The notes under the pieces are model-generated. The model had not been told where the DNA came from. It did no database searches and saw only the letters and a program-made list of their open reading frames with translations. From an uncultured Bacteroidales bacterium (GTDB taxonomy: Bacteria > Bacteroidota > Bacteroidia > Bacteroidales > GCA-2748055), in NCBI GenBank assembly GCA_963809925.1, contig CAWELH010000007.1, forward strand, positions 6,133 through 70,132: a stretch of DNA of 64,000 nt, read 5' to 3'. The translations under genes and the position numbers were made by a program. Positions 1 through 10,522 of the stretch are shown here, in pieces; the stretch's first letter is position 1; each line of letters starts with the position of its first letter.

Positions 1-1575
1 GCCCTGGAGAGGTTGGAGAAGAAAAATGAGCGATATGAGGCTGTAATCAAGGAAAAAGACGATAAGATCAAGCAGCTTATCGACCAGCTTGCCTGGTATC
101 GCCGGAAGTTCTGGAAAGCTTCAAGTGAAAAGTTCATACCTGAAGATCCCAATCAACGCCGCATCGACTTTGACGGATTGGATGTCCTTCCCCAGGAAAA
201 GAAAGTCATTGAATCAGCAGAAAAAGAGATCATTTCCTATGAGCGCAAGAAGCCGGAGAAACCCAAGAAACAGCCGGTTCGTCTCCCGTTGCCCGATTAT
301 CTGCGACGTGAGAAAGAGGTGATTGAGCCTGAAGGTATAGATGAGAACTGGATCCGCATCGGGGAAGAGATCACCGAAACTTTAGAGCATAAGCCTGGAG
401 AGCTGTATGTTCGGCAGATCATCCGTCCAAAATATGTGCTTAAAAAGGAACTTCAGCAACAAAGGGAAGAGGCCGAAGGTGAGGTGCAGGAAAAAAATGT
501 AAAAATCGCTGTTCTTCCGCTTTTGCCCCTGCCACGAAGTAATGCCGGCGCAAGCCTGCTTACTGAACTGCAATTAAGCAAATACCTTTATCACATCCCG
601 TTTCACCGGAAGATAGAAATGTTGAAACAATGTGGCTTCTCTTTGCCTGCATCAACGGTCAATGGATGGTTCCAGGGTAGTTGTGATCTTCTTCGTGCTT
701 TATATTACCGTCTCCGGGAGTTGGTACTGGCCTGTGATTACATCCAGGTAGACGAGAGCACAGTTCCCGTGATAAACAACGCAAAGAAACGGACGGTTAA
801 AGCCTACCTCTGGGTGGTTCGATCGGTAATGGAAAACCTGGTATTTTTTCATTATGATAAAGGGTCCCGGGCCCAGAGAGTAGTGATCGATTTATTACAT
901 AATTATCAGGGAGCCGTTCAGACGGATGGTTATGAGGCATATTCTATCTACGAGAATAAGAAAGGGGTATTGCTATTAGGCTGCTGGGCGCATGCCAGGC
1001 GGAAGTTTACCGAGGCTTTGAAGGAGGATAAGTCAGGGGCAGAGTATGCCCTCAAACAAATCGGCTTGATATATAACGTTGAATCCATGGCCTCAGACCA
1101 GGAGATGGATTATGATCAGCGCGCGGCCTTGCGTCAGAGGCTGGCTTACCCAATACTTACTGCTTTCGAGAAATGGATCGTCAGCTATTATCCTAAAACC
1201 TTACCCAAAGGCAGGATGAATAAGGCTTTGTCTTACACTTACGCGTTGTTCCACCGCTTATCAAGATATCACCTGGACGGGCGTTACCAGATCGACAACA
1301 ATGGGATCGAAAATGCAATACGTCCTCTGGCGGTCGGACGGCGCAACTATCTGTTTTGTGGCAATCATGATGCCGCAGAGAATGCTGCCATTATGTATTC
1401 ACTTATCGGAAGCTGCAAAGCCAATGATGTAGATCCCCGGGAATGGTTAACTGATGTGCTTACAAGGATACCGGAATATAACAACGACTATAGCAAAGAC
1501 CTGGCGGAACTATTACCGCACAAATGGAAGGCATCCAAAAAACTCCGGGAAACTCCAACGAATCTCCAACAATAG
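1..1575 (+). CDS. IS66 family transposase (TnpC-type DDE)
   Basis: The reading frame is open to nt 1, and the listed start at 13 is only a TTG. Motifs YIQVDESTVPV, VQTDGYEAY, LGCWAHARRKF and IDNNGIENAIRPLAVGRRNYLFCG...DPREWLTDVL are characteristic of IS66 transposases. Confidence 0.9.
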   Translation, partial: ALERLEKKNERYEAVIKEKDDKIKQLIDQLAWYRRKFWKASSEKFIPEDPNQRRIDFDGLDVLPQEKKVIESAEKEIISYERKKPEKPKKQPVRLPLPDYLRREKEVIEPEGIDENWIRIGEEITETLEHKPGELYVRQIIRPKYVLKKELQQQREEAEGEVQEKNVKIAVLPLLPLPRSNAGASLLTELQLSKYLYHIPFHRKIEMLKQCGFSLPASTVNGWFQGSCDLLRALYYRLRELVLACDYIQVDESTVPVINNAKKRTVKAYLWVVRSVMENLVFFHYDKGSRAQRVVIDLLHNYQGAVQTDGYEAYSIYENKKGVLLLGCWAHARRKFTEALKEDKSGAEYALKQIGLIYNVESMASDQEMDYDQRAALRQRLAYPILTAFEKWIVSYYPKTLPKGRMNKALSYTYALFHRLSRYHLDGRYQIDNNGIENAIRPLAVGRRNYLFCGNHDAAENAAIMYSLIGSCKANDVDPREWLTDVLTRIPEYNNDYSKDLAELLPHKWKASKKLRETPTNLQQ

Positions 1576-1714
1576 TCGGATTTTGTTAGAATAGTTGCAT
1601 CTCTTCCAAAGAACATCCAACCAAATCCAACGAATCTCCAGGAATTATTGAATTTTTTGGATCTTTTTTGAATTTTTTTTCAAACTTGAAAGACGTGCAA
1701 GGCCGAAGGCTTAC
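1..1714 (+). mobile_element. IS66-family insertion sequence, 3' portion (left end lies outside the window)
   Basis: Contains the IS66 transposase ORF. About 140 bp downstream, the reverse complement of 1694-1714 reads GTAAGCCTTCGGCCTTGCACG, which matches the GTAAGC-type terminal inverted repeat typical of IS66 ends. The left end and target duplication cannot be seen. Confidence 0.6.
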
Positions 1715-2132
1715 TTTGATTTGGTCATAAAATTGAATTTAATTTCTTTACAATGAGATAAGAAGGATTGTCAGCTTAAAAAATAAGTCAAGGAGCTTCG
1801 CAAAATTCCGAAGGCCTTCAATACATAAATTCATTTTTTGCAATGAGAATCGATTTTAATTTCGGAAAGTTACTCAGAATCCATAGGACCCGGAGGAAAA
1901 ATCAAGATAAATGATTCCAAGAGAACATTTCACTAAAATGAAGGTTTTGATGATGTTTGGATTATTAATAACTATTTTTTGGAATCTTTTACTAATATCC
2001 TAAATTGGTATTTTCATGTTGGTATTTCAGAATATCATTCTTCGATATAACAATATTAATTGCTAATGCGTATTTTACATTATATACAAAACAGACATTA
2101 TCAATCAAATTAATTGTTAATAAGTGAATAAT

Positions 2133-2837
2133 TCAATATTTTCCAGGAATATTAAAATAGACTCCCCAATTAACTGAAATGCAATAAAGAGTAATATCCT
2201 TTAGAGCCTCTGGGATTCTATAAGCGAATATAGTGCGTTCCCCTTTTACGCTCCTTGTTAATCCATGCATATATCTTCCGTCCAGGAAAAGATTTACATT
2301 GTTGAAAAGTTGAAATTTTAAACCTAATCCGAGTAAATATCCCAGATTTACTTTATTGAAATCGACACTCGCATCATAATCACTATGATCGTATTTTATT
2401 ATATTCCCTACAGGCTCTGTTGACGAGCTTGTATTTTGATTCTCAACAGATATGAGAAGATCTGTATATAATCCCAAATACCCATAATATTTAATTGTAT
2501 TTCCAAATTGATACTGTGCGAATAAGGGAATCGATAAGTAATCAAGAGTAAAGTCTGCATGGTAACTTCCTCCGAGGGTTTGACTTGTGAATTCAAAACC
2601 CTTTGCTTGATAATCGATTTCAGTCAGTAATGATAAATACTTTTTAATCTTGTAACTAGCAAGAATACCAGAATTCCTAAGATTAGATTTCTTATCAAAT
2701 TTGTATAGAAAGCCACCATCGTTCCTATAATGAGCATTTGCCCAGCCTATTCCATCCTTAAATCCAATAGAAAGATTCTGTGCAGATATGTATGTAAATG
2801 CTAAAGAAAAAATTAAAAGAAAGTAGCACTTCTTCAT
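2133..2837 (-). CDS. outer-membrane beta-barrel protein (porin-type OMP family)
   Basis: Signal peptide MKKCYFLLIFSLAFTYISAQ. About 230 aa, aromatic-rich, with alternating strand-like periodicity typical of small Bacteroidota OM beta-barrels. Confidence 0.55.
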   Translation of the reverse strand: MKKCYFLLIFSLAFTYISAQNLSIGFKDGIGWANAHYRNDGGFLYKFDKKSNLRNSGILASYKIKKYLSLLTEIDYQAKGFEFTSQTLGGSYHADFTLDYLSIPLFAQYQFGNTIKYYGYLGLYTDLLISVENQNTSSSTEPVGNIIKYDHSDYDASVDFNKVNLGYLLGLGLKFQLFNNVNLFLDGRYMHGLTRSVKGERTIFAYRIPEALKDITLYCISVNWGVYFNIPGKY

Positions 2838-2928
2838 AAGTCTTAGAATAATTTATATTATCAATATAATTACTTTTTTTAAATAATTCGCATTTAGCGG
2901 AAAAATAATTTTTATTATAGAAATACAA

Positions 2929-4731
2929 TTACTTTTGTATTTCAATTATTTTTGTTATACATCCCTGATTAGAAATAACCTTTACTAAATATACTCCGTT
3001 GTTTAGGTCTTCAATATTTAAATCAATTAGTTTATCATTGGACCTAAATTCTTTTAAAATTGCACCATTCAGGTTAATAAGTTGAATGATTGCAAAACCA
3101 GCTTCATTTAAATTTATGGTTATGTTATTTTTAGTCGGATTTGGAAATATCTGAATGTCATTATAACAGTCTTGGACATGTGTTTCACGTAATTCCTTAG
3201 ACTCATTAATTTTTAAATATGAGTTTTCGGACATCGAACTTTTATTCTCACAACTTTCTACGATGAAAGGATAAGTTCGCCAGGGTCCAGCGATACCACC
3301 ATTTTTTGCCCTGACTTTTATTGTATTGGAACTTGGAAAAATTGCATATACGGTTGCATAATTTAGACTGTTCGATATACTTGCTCCACAGGGATAGCCA
3401 GTTACAACCCATTCATATTCTGTTGCCAAATCAATTTCGGAAATCGAAAACTCATAAGAGTTGCTTGTACAATATGGACCAGAACAAGCCGCTGTAATAA
3501 TTGATGGTTGGGATGGTGTAGAATAAACTGCATCGGGGTGGCTTACGTTGACAACAGCTCCTTGATGATAATTATAATTTTCACTTGCTGGAGTTAAATC
3601 ATTTAGTGCAAAATATCCATTATAATTCCCGTTAGCTCCCCAATTGACATGATAATAGGTATATAAGCTATATTCTTCGTAAATAGTTTTAATATATCCA
3701 TCTAAAACGAATGAATGACCGACACCATTTCCATTGTCTCCTCTATAAACAATCGGTTTACGCTTATCCAGATTACTTTTCAGAATATTGTCCCAGGTAT
3801 CATTAGAATAGTTGGATTTCGCAATATATTCTGCACTGGTGGAATATCCAAAATATGTTTCCAGGGCATCTGCTATAACGCTTATTGACCCTGTGCTAGA
3901 TTCATTGTATCCGTAATCTGTATTTATTGAAACTCCACAATGGTGAATTAATTTAGCTATCTCGAAACTAGTACCCCAACCGGCAATATCTGGCATATTT
4001 GCCCAATTATAAGTAGTGGTTCCAAAATTTGCGTTGTTATTATAAGAATTTGGCGGGTTATTGCTATCCTGATACGATTTTGATCCTGACCCATGAGCAG
4101 GTTTGTTCCAGAATTTCATAACCTGAGCCATTGCAACGGCTGTGCAGCCTGCATATGTATAAATTTCTTCTGTTTCATCGTACGGACATTGTTCGTTATA
4201 AAAACCTATTTGTCCCCACAAAGTTGTTGTTAAAGGGCTTTTGCTAAAAGTTTTTGGCCAGATTTCACAGTTGGCTGATTTTAATACCCCAGAACTAATC
4301 CCTGAATAATTTTCCCAAGCATGTGCTACCTCGTCCGTTTTTTCTAAATTGTTCTCCAGAGCATATAGAATCTGTGCTTTGTACCAATTTAATAAAGCAG
4401 AAAAGCCAAGAGGAAGCTCTTTGCCCGAATAACCATTTTTAAGTGAGAAACCCAAGACTGGCATAACAGCGTCACAAGCCGATACAATAATACATCCATC
4501 CTCAATATTGACCAGATATATTAAATTGATATTTTTTTCAGTTATCTCAGTTGTGCTAACAACTTTTATCTCTTCAAATTTTCTAGAACCACTTATTTCT
4601 CCGGTTAATTGATCAATTTGTGCGATGTAAAAATTCTTGGCTACCAAAATTGCTTTATCCTTATCAATAATTCCGGCAATAAGGTTAAAGGTCAGACACG
4701 ATATCAGTATTAACAATGATATTTTTTTCAT
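2929..4731 (-). CDS. C10 family (streptopain-like) cysteine peptidase with T9SS type A C-terminal sorting domain
   Basis: The Cys context GCTAVAMAQVMKFWNKP and His context GHSFVLDGY match peptidase family C10. The C-terminus FPNPTKNNITINL...GVYLVKVISNQG...IEIQK is a T9SS CTD. The likely start is ATG 4731 (MKKISLLILISC signal); the ORF is open to 4776. Confidence 0.8.
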   Translation of the reverse strand: MKKISLLILISCLTFNLIAGIIDKDKAILVAKNFYIAQIDQLTGEISGSRKFEEIKVVSTTEITEKNINLIYLVNIEDGCIIVSACDAVMPVLGFSLKNGYSGKELPLGFSALLNWYKAQILYALENNLEKTDEVAHAWENYSGISSGVLKSANCEIWPKTFSKSPLTTTLWGQIGFYNEQCPYDETEEIYTYAGCTAVAMAQVMKFWNKPAHGSGSKSYQDSNNPPNSYNNNANFGTTTYNWANMPDIAGWGTSFEIAKLIHHCGVSINTDYGYNESSTGSISVIADALETYFGYSTSAEYIAKSNYSNDTWDNILKSNLDKRKPIVYRGDNGNGVGHSFVLDGYIKTIYEEYSLYTYYHVNWGANGNYNGYFALNDLTPASENYNYHQGAVVNVSHPDAVYSTPSQPSIITAACSGPYCTSNSYEFSISEIDLATEYEWVVTGYPCGASISNSLNYATVYAIFPSSNTIKVRAKNGGIAGPWRTYPFIVESCENKSSMSENSYLKINESKELRETHVQDCYNDIQIFPNPTKNNITINLNEAGFAIIQLINLNGAILKEFRSNDKLIDLNIEDLNNGVYLVKVISNQGCITKIIEIQK

Positions 4732-5035
4732 TTTCTTAATTAGGTTTATGGTTTTACTAATCATATGACAGGGCATAAATTACCTTTATCTCTTTCCTTT
4801 ATGAAGTATATGATTCTATAATTGCCAATGAATTCAAATGATTTTGCCACATTCAAGAACCTCTATTCAAATCGAAATACTAAATTTTCTTTTATAAATC
4901 GAAATTAAAAATAAAAGTAGCCTAATAACGCAATTAATTTTCGACCTAAGCTAATAATAAATAATTAAAAAGAATGGGACAATATTAGGCTACCTTTTAG
5001 ATTATCTAAGATTTTATATAAAGGAATAGAAAATC

Positions 5036-5428
5036 ATGAAAACAAAAGCATTCACTTTGCCGGAGCTTTTGGTGGTATTGGTTATTATCGGGATACTGGT
5101 CTTATTGGCCCTCCCAAAACTGATGCCTCTGATATCAAGGGCAAAATCTACTGAAGCACAGCTTCAGCTTAAGCATCTCCAGACACTGGAAAAATCATAT
5201 TTCTATATGCATTCCAGATATTCGGGTGATCTTGCAGTTGTCGGTTTTGAACAAGAGAAGTTGGTAACCGAAGATGGTTCTGCAAATTATATGATAGAAA
5301 TCGTGGAAGCCGGAATGGAGGGTTTTAAGGCCAAAGCCACGGCTGTCGTTGATTTTGATGGTGATGGTAAATTCAACGTATGGGAAATCGATCAGGATAA
5401 CAACCTGGTCGAAGTAGTGGGGGACTAA
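5036..5428 (+). CDS. type IV pilin-like protein (prepilin-type N-terminal cleavage/methylation domain)
   Basis: Class III signal MKTKA|FTLPELLVVLVIIGILVLLALP with Glu at +5 after the predicted cleavage site. Small (130 aa) with a globular C-terminus. Confidence 0.75.
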   Translation: MKTKAFTLPELLVVLVIIGILVLLALPKLMPLISRAKSTEAQLQLKHLQTLEKSYFYMHSRYSGDLAVVGFEQEKLVTEDGSANYMIEIVEAGMEGFKAKATAVVDFDGDGKFNVWEIDQDNNLVEVVGD

Positions 5429-5431
5429 GCT

Positions 5432-5941
5432 ATGGAGACAATTTTAACTTTATTCTCAGGAATCATCCTTGGAACGATAGGGTATCAGGATTTCAGAACG
5501 AGAAAGATTTCTCTAATAACATTAGTCTGTCTGCTTCTGATTTCATTATGGATTTCTTCATCATCTCTTTCAATAGTTCTTTTATGTGAAAGAGTAATAT
5601 TAAATTCTTTACTAGCTCTTATATTATTGGTATCAGGGACACTTCTGGTAAAATTCTTAAGAAAACCTTCTGCAGTGAAGGATCTGATCGGCGCCGGAGA
5701 TTTTCTATTCCTTATTTCTATCAGCCCGCTTTTTTCTTTTGAATTTTACCTGGTGTTCCTGAATACCTCTTTTCTGATTTCTCTCCTTTTCTCAGGTGGG
5801 TACCATCTCTTTTCTAAATCAGGCAAAACCCTGATTATTCCATTGGCCGGAATTATGGCCTTATGTGTATTACTCGAAATTACTATCAAAATAACTTTTC
5901 ATATTAGTTGTATAGCCCAAATAGCCTCATATTTACTTTAA
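5432..5941 (+). CDS. A24 family prepilin peptidase-like membrane protein (short form)
   Basis: Polytopic membrane protein starting 3 nt after the pilin gene. Two Asp boxes, YQDFRTRKI and GAGDFLF, correspond to the catalytic aspartates of A24 peptidases. No methyltransferase region. Confidence 0.6.
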   Translation: METILTLFSGIILGTIGYQDFRTRKISLITLVCLLLISLWISSSSLSIVLLCERVILNSLLALILLVSGTLLVKFLRKPSAVKDLIGAGDFLFLISISPLFSFEFYLVFLNTSFLISLLFSGGYHLFSKSGKTLIIPLAGIMALCVLLEITIKITFHISCIAQIASYLL

Positions 5942-5949
5942 TTATCATT

Positions 5950-6228
5950 ATGATGGAATATTTGAAGTCTGAAATAGAAGTTGGTCTGAAATTACAAATA
6001 ACAGCTCAGCAAGCATGGAATTACCGAATAATACCCGATAGTTATGAAGCTGGTCGAATCAAAATATGGGGTAAATTGATGATTTCAAGGGGCGGAGGTT
6101 GCTTAAGCGGCAAAACCAGGCTTACCTGGCCCGATATTGACCATGGAAGAGCTGAAAAAAGCAGTAGAAACAGGAAGAGTTTTAAATTCATGCGATTATT
6201 TTTAATGAATATAATCAAATATCATTAA
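5950..6228 (+). pseudogene. possible truncated N-terminus of a GspE/PilB-type secretion ATPase
   Basis: Starts 8 nt after the peptidase gene. LKLQITAQQAWNYRIIPDSYEAGRIKIW resembles the T2SSE N-terminal domain, but the ORF stops after 92 aa with no ATPase core. Only about 185 bp remain before the convergent gene. Confidence 0.3.
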
Positions 6229-6412
6229 AGGTAAAATAAGAGGGACCTATAACTTGATAACTCATTTTCTTCTTTTGATCTCGTGCAGTCAGAAATTATC
6301 AAATCCGCCGATGAGCAGGCCCCCTTTCCCCGTTGAAATGATAGTTTATTTTGTCCCACCATCCCCTTCCCGGTAAGTATTTTAACTTCAGTCAAATCCC
6401 GTTTGTATATGA

Positions 6413-7516
6413 CTACCGGATCAGGTCCCGAATGACAGGGTACATGTTCTGCGATAATCGCCAAAAGCCCAAATCGGTCAAATGTATACCATCAACAGTA
6501 CCTTCATGATCACCGGCCACAAGTTTGTCCGCTTCCATATAATAGATATTCCGGTCTCCGTTTTGTATTAAATCCTTAAAAATACCCTTTAGCAAAAGAT
6601 TTTTCTCCTGTATATCGGTAAAGCCTGACTGATTAAAATACATCCTGGTGTTCTCAATATTTTCTACAAGAAGAATGGGTGTTTCCGGGTGTTTTTGCCT
6701 GATGATCTCCAAAAAGCGCTTGTATTTTTCATTTACCAGGTCCGCGGTGCAATTGGGCAGGCAGTCGATCACAAAACAGGAGGCATCGATGGTTGACATC
6801 GCTTCCGCAATCTCCAGGTCAAGCCTTCCGTTGCCGCTGAATCCAAGGTTGATGGTCTCGCGATCAAGCATGCGGGACAATATATTCGTGTATGCCATCC
6901 CAGGCCTGGAGGCACAACCGCCCTGCGTGATGCTGGTTCCATAAAAAACAACAGGCTTCCCCTTCCGGGGAGAATTGACCTGGGGCTTTCCAATTCGCGC
7001 AGTTTGTTCTACCCCAATTTCAAGACTAACCAATCCGTCGTATAAAGGCAGGTTGAGAAGGTATTCGTCATCATTCCCCTGCATACCGGAAATAAGGACG
7101 GCGGAACTTGCTTTCCCCGTGGGCCGCCCTGTGTTTACGAACTGCCATTCACCGTTTTTAAGGCAGTACATATCCAGCCCTTTAATACCCGTCGGGGCAA
7201 AATGATTCATAAATACGTCTTCCTTAACTTCCCATTTGACAGAGATAACCCTGGAATTGGTCCGGAAGCGCACAGCCATTCCACTACAGTTCTTTGATAA
7301 TTCCCAAACCGGGGGGCGGGTCTTGTCCTTGTAACTTGCGGGTAGCCGTTCGTAGTACGTTTCGGTATCGGGAAATCCTTTTCCAAGAAGTTGAAACTTA
7401 CTTGCGTCGGTATAGATAAGACTGTCAGGCGGGGCGGCGTAGCCCTGGAAAGGCAAAATCATTATGCTGCAAAACAGAGAAACTTTCAATACAGCAAGTA
7501 CTTTTAAATCTTTCAT
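6413..7516 (-). CDS. SGNH/GDSL hydrolase family protein with N-terminal beta-sandwich domain
   Basis: Block I VVFYGTSITQGG, block II-like GFSGNG and block V DGIHLTD (DxxH). Signal peptide after ATG 7516; the longer ORF to 7561 starts with TTG. Confidence 0.75.
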   Translation of the reverse strand: MKDLKVLAVLKVSLFCSIMILPFQGYAAPPDSLIYTDASKFQLLGKGFPDTETYYERLPASYKDKTRPPVWELSKNCSGMAVRFRTNSRVISVKWEVKEDVFMNHFAPTGIKGLDMYCLKNGEWQFVNTGRPTGKASSAVLISGMQGNDDEYLLNLPLYDGLVSLEIGVEQTARIGKPQVNSPRKGKPVVFYGTSITQGGCASRPGMAYTNILSRMLDRETINLGFSGNGRLDLEIAEAMSTIDASCFVIDCLPNCTADLVNEKYKRFLEIIRQKHPETPILLVENIENTRMYFNQSGFTDIQEKNLLLKGIFKDLIQNGDRNIYYMEADKLVAGDHEGTVDGIHLTDLGFWRLSQNMYPVIRDLIR

Positions 7517-7897
7517 TTTCTTCTTTTTATATTCAGGTTCATGAATTGAATCAGACTTCAATCCTCAAAAGATAAGAATTTAAATGCTGATACACTCCAG
7601 CGTTTTCTTCAAAGATATTACAGAATACTCCCCTTTTTCAAACTCTTGAACAATTATCATTTTTCTCAAAACTATCTGAAAGAGTCAATTTAAGACAAAC
7701 TTGTATGAATATCCGGATTTCAGTCGTAGATTGCAAGTCCCTGAGGATATTCCATTGGAGTTTCCAATCAATTCAATCTTCTTTAATCAATTTGAGAATG
7801 AGACTGGCCGGAAAAGAAAACATATTTAACTCTAAAGAATCGTTGTCTAAAGGTGGGGAGTATTCAAGATTTTTAGTGTAAATAATAATTAGAAAAT

Positions 7898-8512
7898 ATG
7901 CGAAGAATGATTTTTATGGCAATTTTCGTGATGGTACTGAATCAATGCCACAGCCAGATCATGGCACAGCAGAGATTGGATAAAAATACTGACCAGGAAG
8001 GCCTAATCTCACGAATAATATATAATGAAAAAGTAGCAGTTAAATTCGATTACTTTGGTGAATTGGTATTGCATCCGGGATTGCGCCTAGGAATCGACTA
8101 TACGCTATCATCGAAAAAGTGGGTTACAGTTCATTGGGATACGGATATAGGTGGCTATTGGCATCGATGGAATAACAGTGCGTTATTTGCTAAAACATCT
8201 ATTGGAACAAGGTTTCCTGTTTCATCCATGTTCGTCGATTTAGATATGGGCGCGGGATACATGCACTCATTTCCAGCCGGAAAGATTTATCAAAGGTCAG
8301 CAGACGGAGGTGTAGAAAAAGCGCCGAATTGGGGCCACGCTCATTTTATGCCCAATTTTTCGGTATTGTTGGGCTGGGATGGAAGCCGGAAAGCTAATTT
8401 ACCTCTTAGCATTCACATTGGAGCGGAAGCTTATTTGCAATCAGCGGTTAATCATACTTACATTCCACATGCTGCAGCAATAGTGGGTTTTACCTATAAA
8501 TTCAAAAAATAA
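7898..8512 (+). CDS. hypothetical secreted protein, possibly an outer-membrane beta-barrel
   Basis: Signal peptide MRRMIFMAIFVMVLNQCHSQ. The C-terminal GFTYKFKK aromatic terminus is typical of OM barrels. No catalytic motif recognised. Confidence 0.35.
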   Translation: MRRMIFMAIFVMVLNQCHSQIMAQQRLDKNTDQEGLISRIIYNEKVAVKFDYFGELVLHPGLRLGIDYTLSSKKWVTVHWDTDIGGYWHRWNNSALFAKTSIGTRFPVSSMFVDLDMGAGYMHSFPAGKIYQRSADGGVEKAPNWGHAHFMPNFSVLLGWDGSRKANLPLSIHIGAEAYLQSAVNHTYIPHAAAIVGFTYKFKK

Positions 8513-8517
8513 CGGTT

Positions 8518-9546
8518 ATGAGACATATTATTTTCGTATTTGTCCTATCAACATCATTTTTCATAAGCTCTTGTGAAAAAGAGAATTTCTACGCTGGAGA
8601 TCATTTCTTCATAAAAAATGCCGGGGCGGAAATGCCCGTTTACATAAAAGGAAATATCGAATCGAAAGTCTTTATCCTTTTTATCCATGGCGGACCCGGC
8701 GGTAATGCTTCACTGTCATCTTTTCTTCCAGTATCGAAAGAGTTGGAGAAAGACTATGCCTTTGTCTATTGGGATCAGCGGGCATCGGGTCTTTCACAGG
8801 GTAATCCAGACAAAGAAACATTTACTGTTGAGCAATTTGTAGAGGATCTTGACCTTGTAATTGATGCAATTAATTTACGTCACAATTATCCTAAAATTAT
8901 TTTTTATGGAATAAGCTGGGGCGGTGCATTAGGTAGTGCTTATTTAAGCACAGGTAATCACCAGGATAAGGTAGCAGGATTTATTATCATGGATAGTGGA
9001 CACAACTTGCTTGAGGGAATTCCAAAATCAGTTGTGTTTGTTAAAGATTACGCACAGGATCAAATAGATAATGGCGTAAGTGTTGACTATTGGACGGAAG
9101 CACGTGACTGGTGTGCAACAGTTCCCGATATGACAATAGTCGACAATTATTTCAAATATGACGAATACCTGGTTAAAACAAATGCTTATCGTCACGACCC
9201 CAATCAAGTAGTGCAAGGACCTGAAGTTGGAGCCGCAGGCGTTATGAATTCATACCTTTCGCTGGCAATATTTTTTAACGGAGGATATCTCGCAAAGAGA
9301 TTTAACATATTGGAATTAAACTTGAGTCCTCAAATGGTTAATATTAAGATACCTACCATGGTTATTTGGGGTAAGCATGATGGGGTAAATACCATTGAAA
9401 TGGGATATGATGCATTTAATAGCATCGGCGGACCAGATTTTACAGACAAAGAAATGGTGATACTTGAAAATAGCGCTCATGAAGGATATATAGAAGAACA
9501 GGAACTATTCATAAGTTCATTCCGGCGATTTGTGGATGGACATTGA
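8518..9546 (+). CDS. alpha/beta hydrolase (S33 proline iminopeptidase-like), probable lipoprotein
   Basis: HGGPGG oxyanion motif, GISWGGALG nucleophile elbow and a C-terminal ENSAHEG histidine region. Signal with SSC lipobox-like cysteine. Confidence 0.75.
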   Translation: MRHIIFVFVLSTSFFISSCEKENFYAGDHFFIKNAGAEMPVYIKGNIESKVFILFIHGGPGGNASLSSFLPVSKELEKDYAFVYWDQRASGLSQGNPDKETFTVEQFVEDLDLVIDAINLRHNYPKIIFYGISWGGALGSAYLSTGNHQDKVAGFIIMDSGHNLLEGIPKSVVFVKDYAQDQIDNGVSVDYWTEARDWCATVPDMTIVDNYFKYDEYLVKTNAYRHDPNQVVQGPEVGAAGVMNSYLSLAIFFNGGYLAKRFNILELNLSPQMVNIKIPTMVIWGKHDGVNTIEMGYDAFNSIGGPDFTDKEMVILENSAHEGYIEEQELFISSFRRFVDGH

Positions 9547-9933
9547 CAACATGGTGCTTTACATTATTTGTATTCTTGAAACAATATCACTGTGCGGTTA
9601 ACAAACATCAGGCGAAAATAAAATACGATTAAGTATGAACTTTTTTATGTAATTGAAGGAAGCCTATTCTTTGAAATTGAAGGGAAAGATAGCTTTATGA
9701 TAATCAAAGGCGGTATTTTTATTGTAAAAAAAGATATCAATCATAAAGATTCTTCTGATGAAGAATGCAAAATTATGGTAATAGAAAATAAAACTACTTT
9801 ACATACAGAAATTGGTATATCTGAAATAACGAAAGGTATTGACGATCAAAATCAACGCTTAAACTTACCTTAATGATGTTGAAAAATAAATTATTATAAT
9901 ATTTAACAATGGTAAATTGTAAAAAATATTAAA

Positions 9934-10335
9934 ATGGACAAAAAGATCTTGCTTTCAACCTTGTGGATTTTTGTAACCCTGAATTATTTGTATTGTGACA
10001 TAATGGGATTCATGGATGTTAACCTTTTAAAACAATATTTCACAGGAAATGTGGGAGGAATGACTATAAATGAAAGTTTTTTATTAGGTGCTGCAATCTT
10101 GATGGAAATACCGATAGCAATGGTTTTGCTGTCGAGAATATTAAATTATAGGTCCAACCGGTGGGCAAACATTATTGCTGGACTAATAATGACGCTTGTT
10201 CAAACAGCTACACTTTTTGCAGGTGTACCCACAAAATACTACTTATTCTGTAGCATAATCGAAATAGCAACTACTATAGTAATTGTGTGGCTCGCGTGGA
10301 AATGGATACTGCCAGGTACAGCGTCCGATAAGTAG
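9934..10335 (+). CDS. small integral membrane protein (DUF6326-like)
   Basis: 133 aa with four hydrophobic segments. The N-terminus LSTLWIFVTLNYLYCDIMGF resembles the DUF6326 family as I remember it. Confidence 0.45.
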   Translation: MDKKILLSTLWIFVTLNYLYCDIMGFMDVNLLKQYFTGNVGGMTINESFLLGAAILMEIPIAMVLLSRILNYRSNRWANIIAGLIMTLVQTATLFAGVPTKYYLFCSIIEIATTIVIVWLAWKWILPGTASDK

Positions 10336-10522
10336 GATTTAAAATAAGAAACGAATGAACATTCAGTATTAAGGAAGAAATGCTAAATTGCCATAAATAT
10401 CATGGCGGACAGACAATTGATGCAGGCTGGATGATAAATTTTATTGTAAGGAGAGGATGCAGAAGTACCTGTAGATAAGCAATAATGGATGACAAGAAGA
10501 TTAACCCCTCATAGTTATAGTC

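Noticed and set aside
9683-9872. Small ORF (about 58 aa, MIIKGGIFIVKKD...) in the 9547-9933 gap
   Set aside because: It has no recognisable motif or signal, lies in AT-rich low-complexity sequence and is below a sensible length threshold. I cannot support it.
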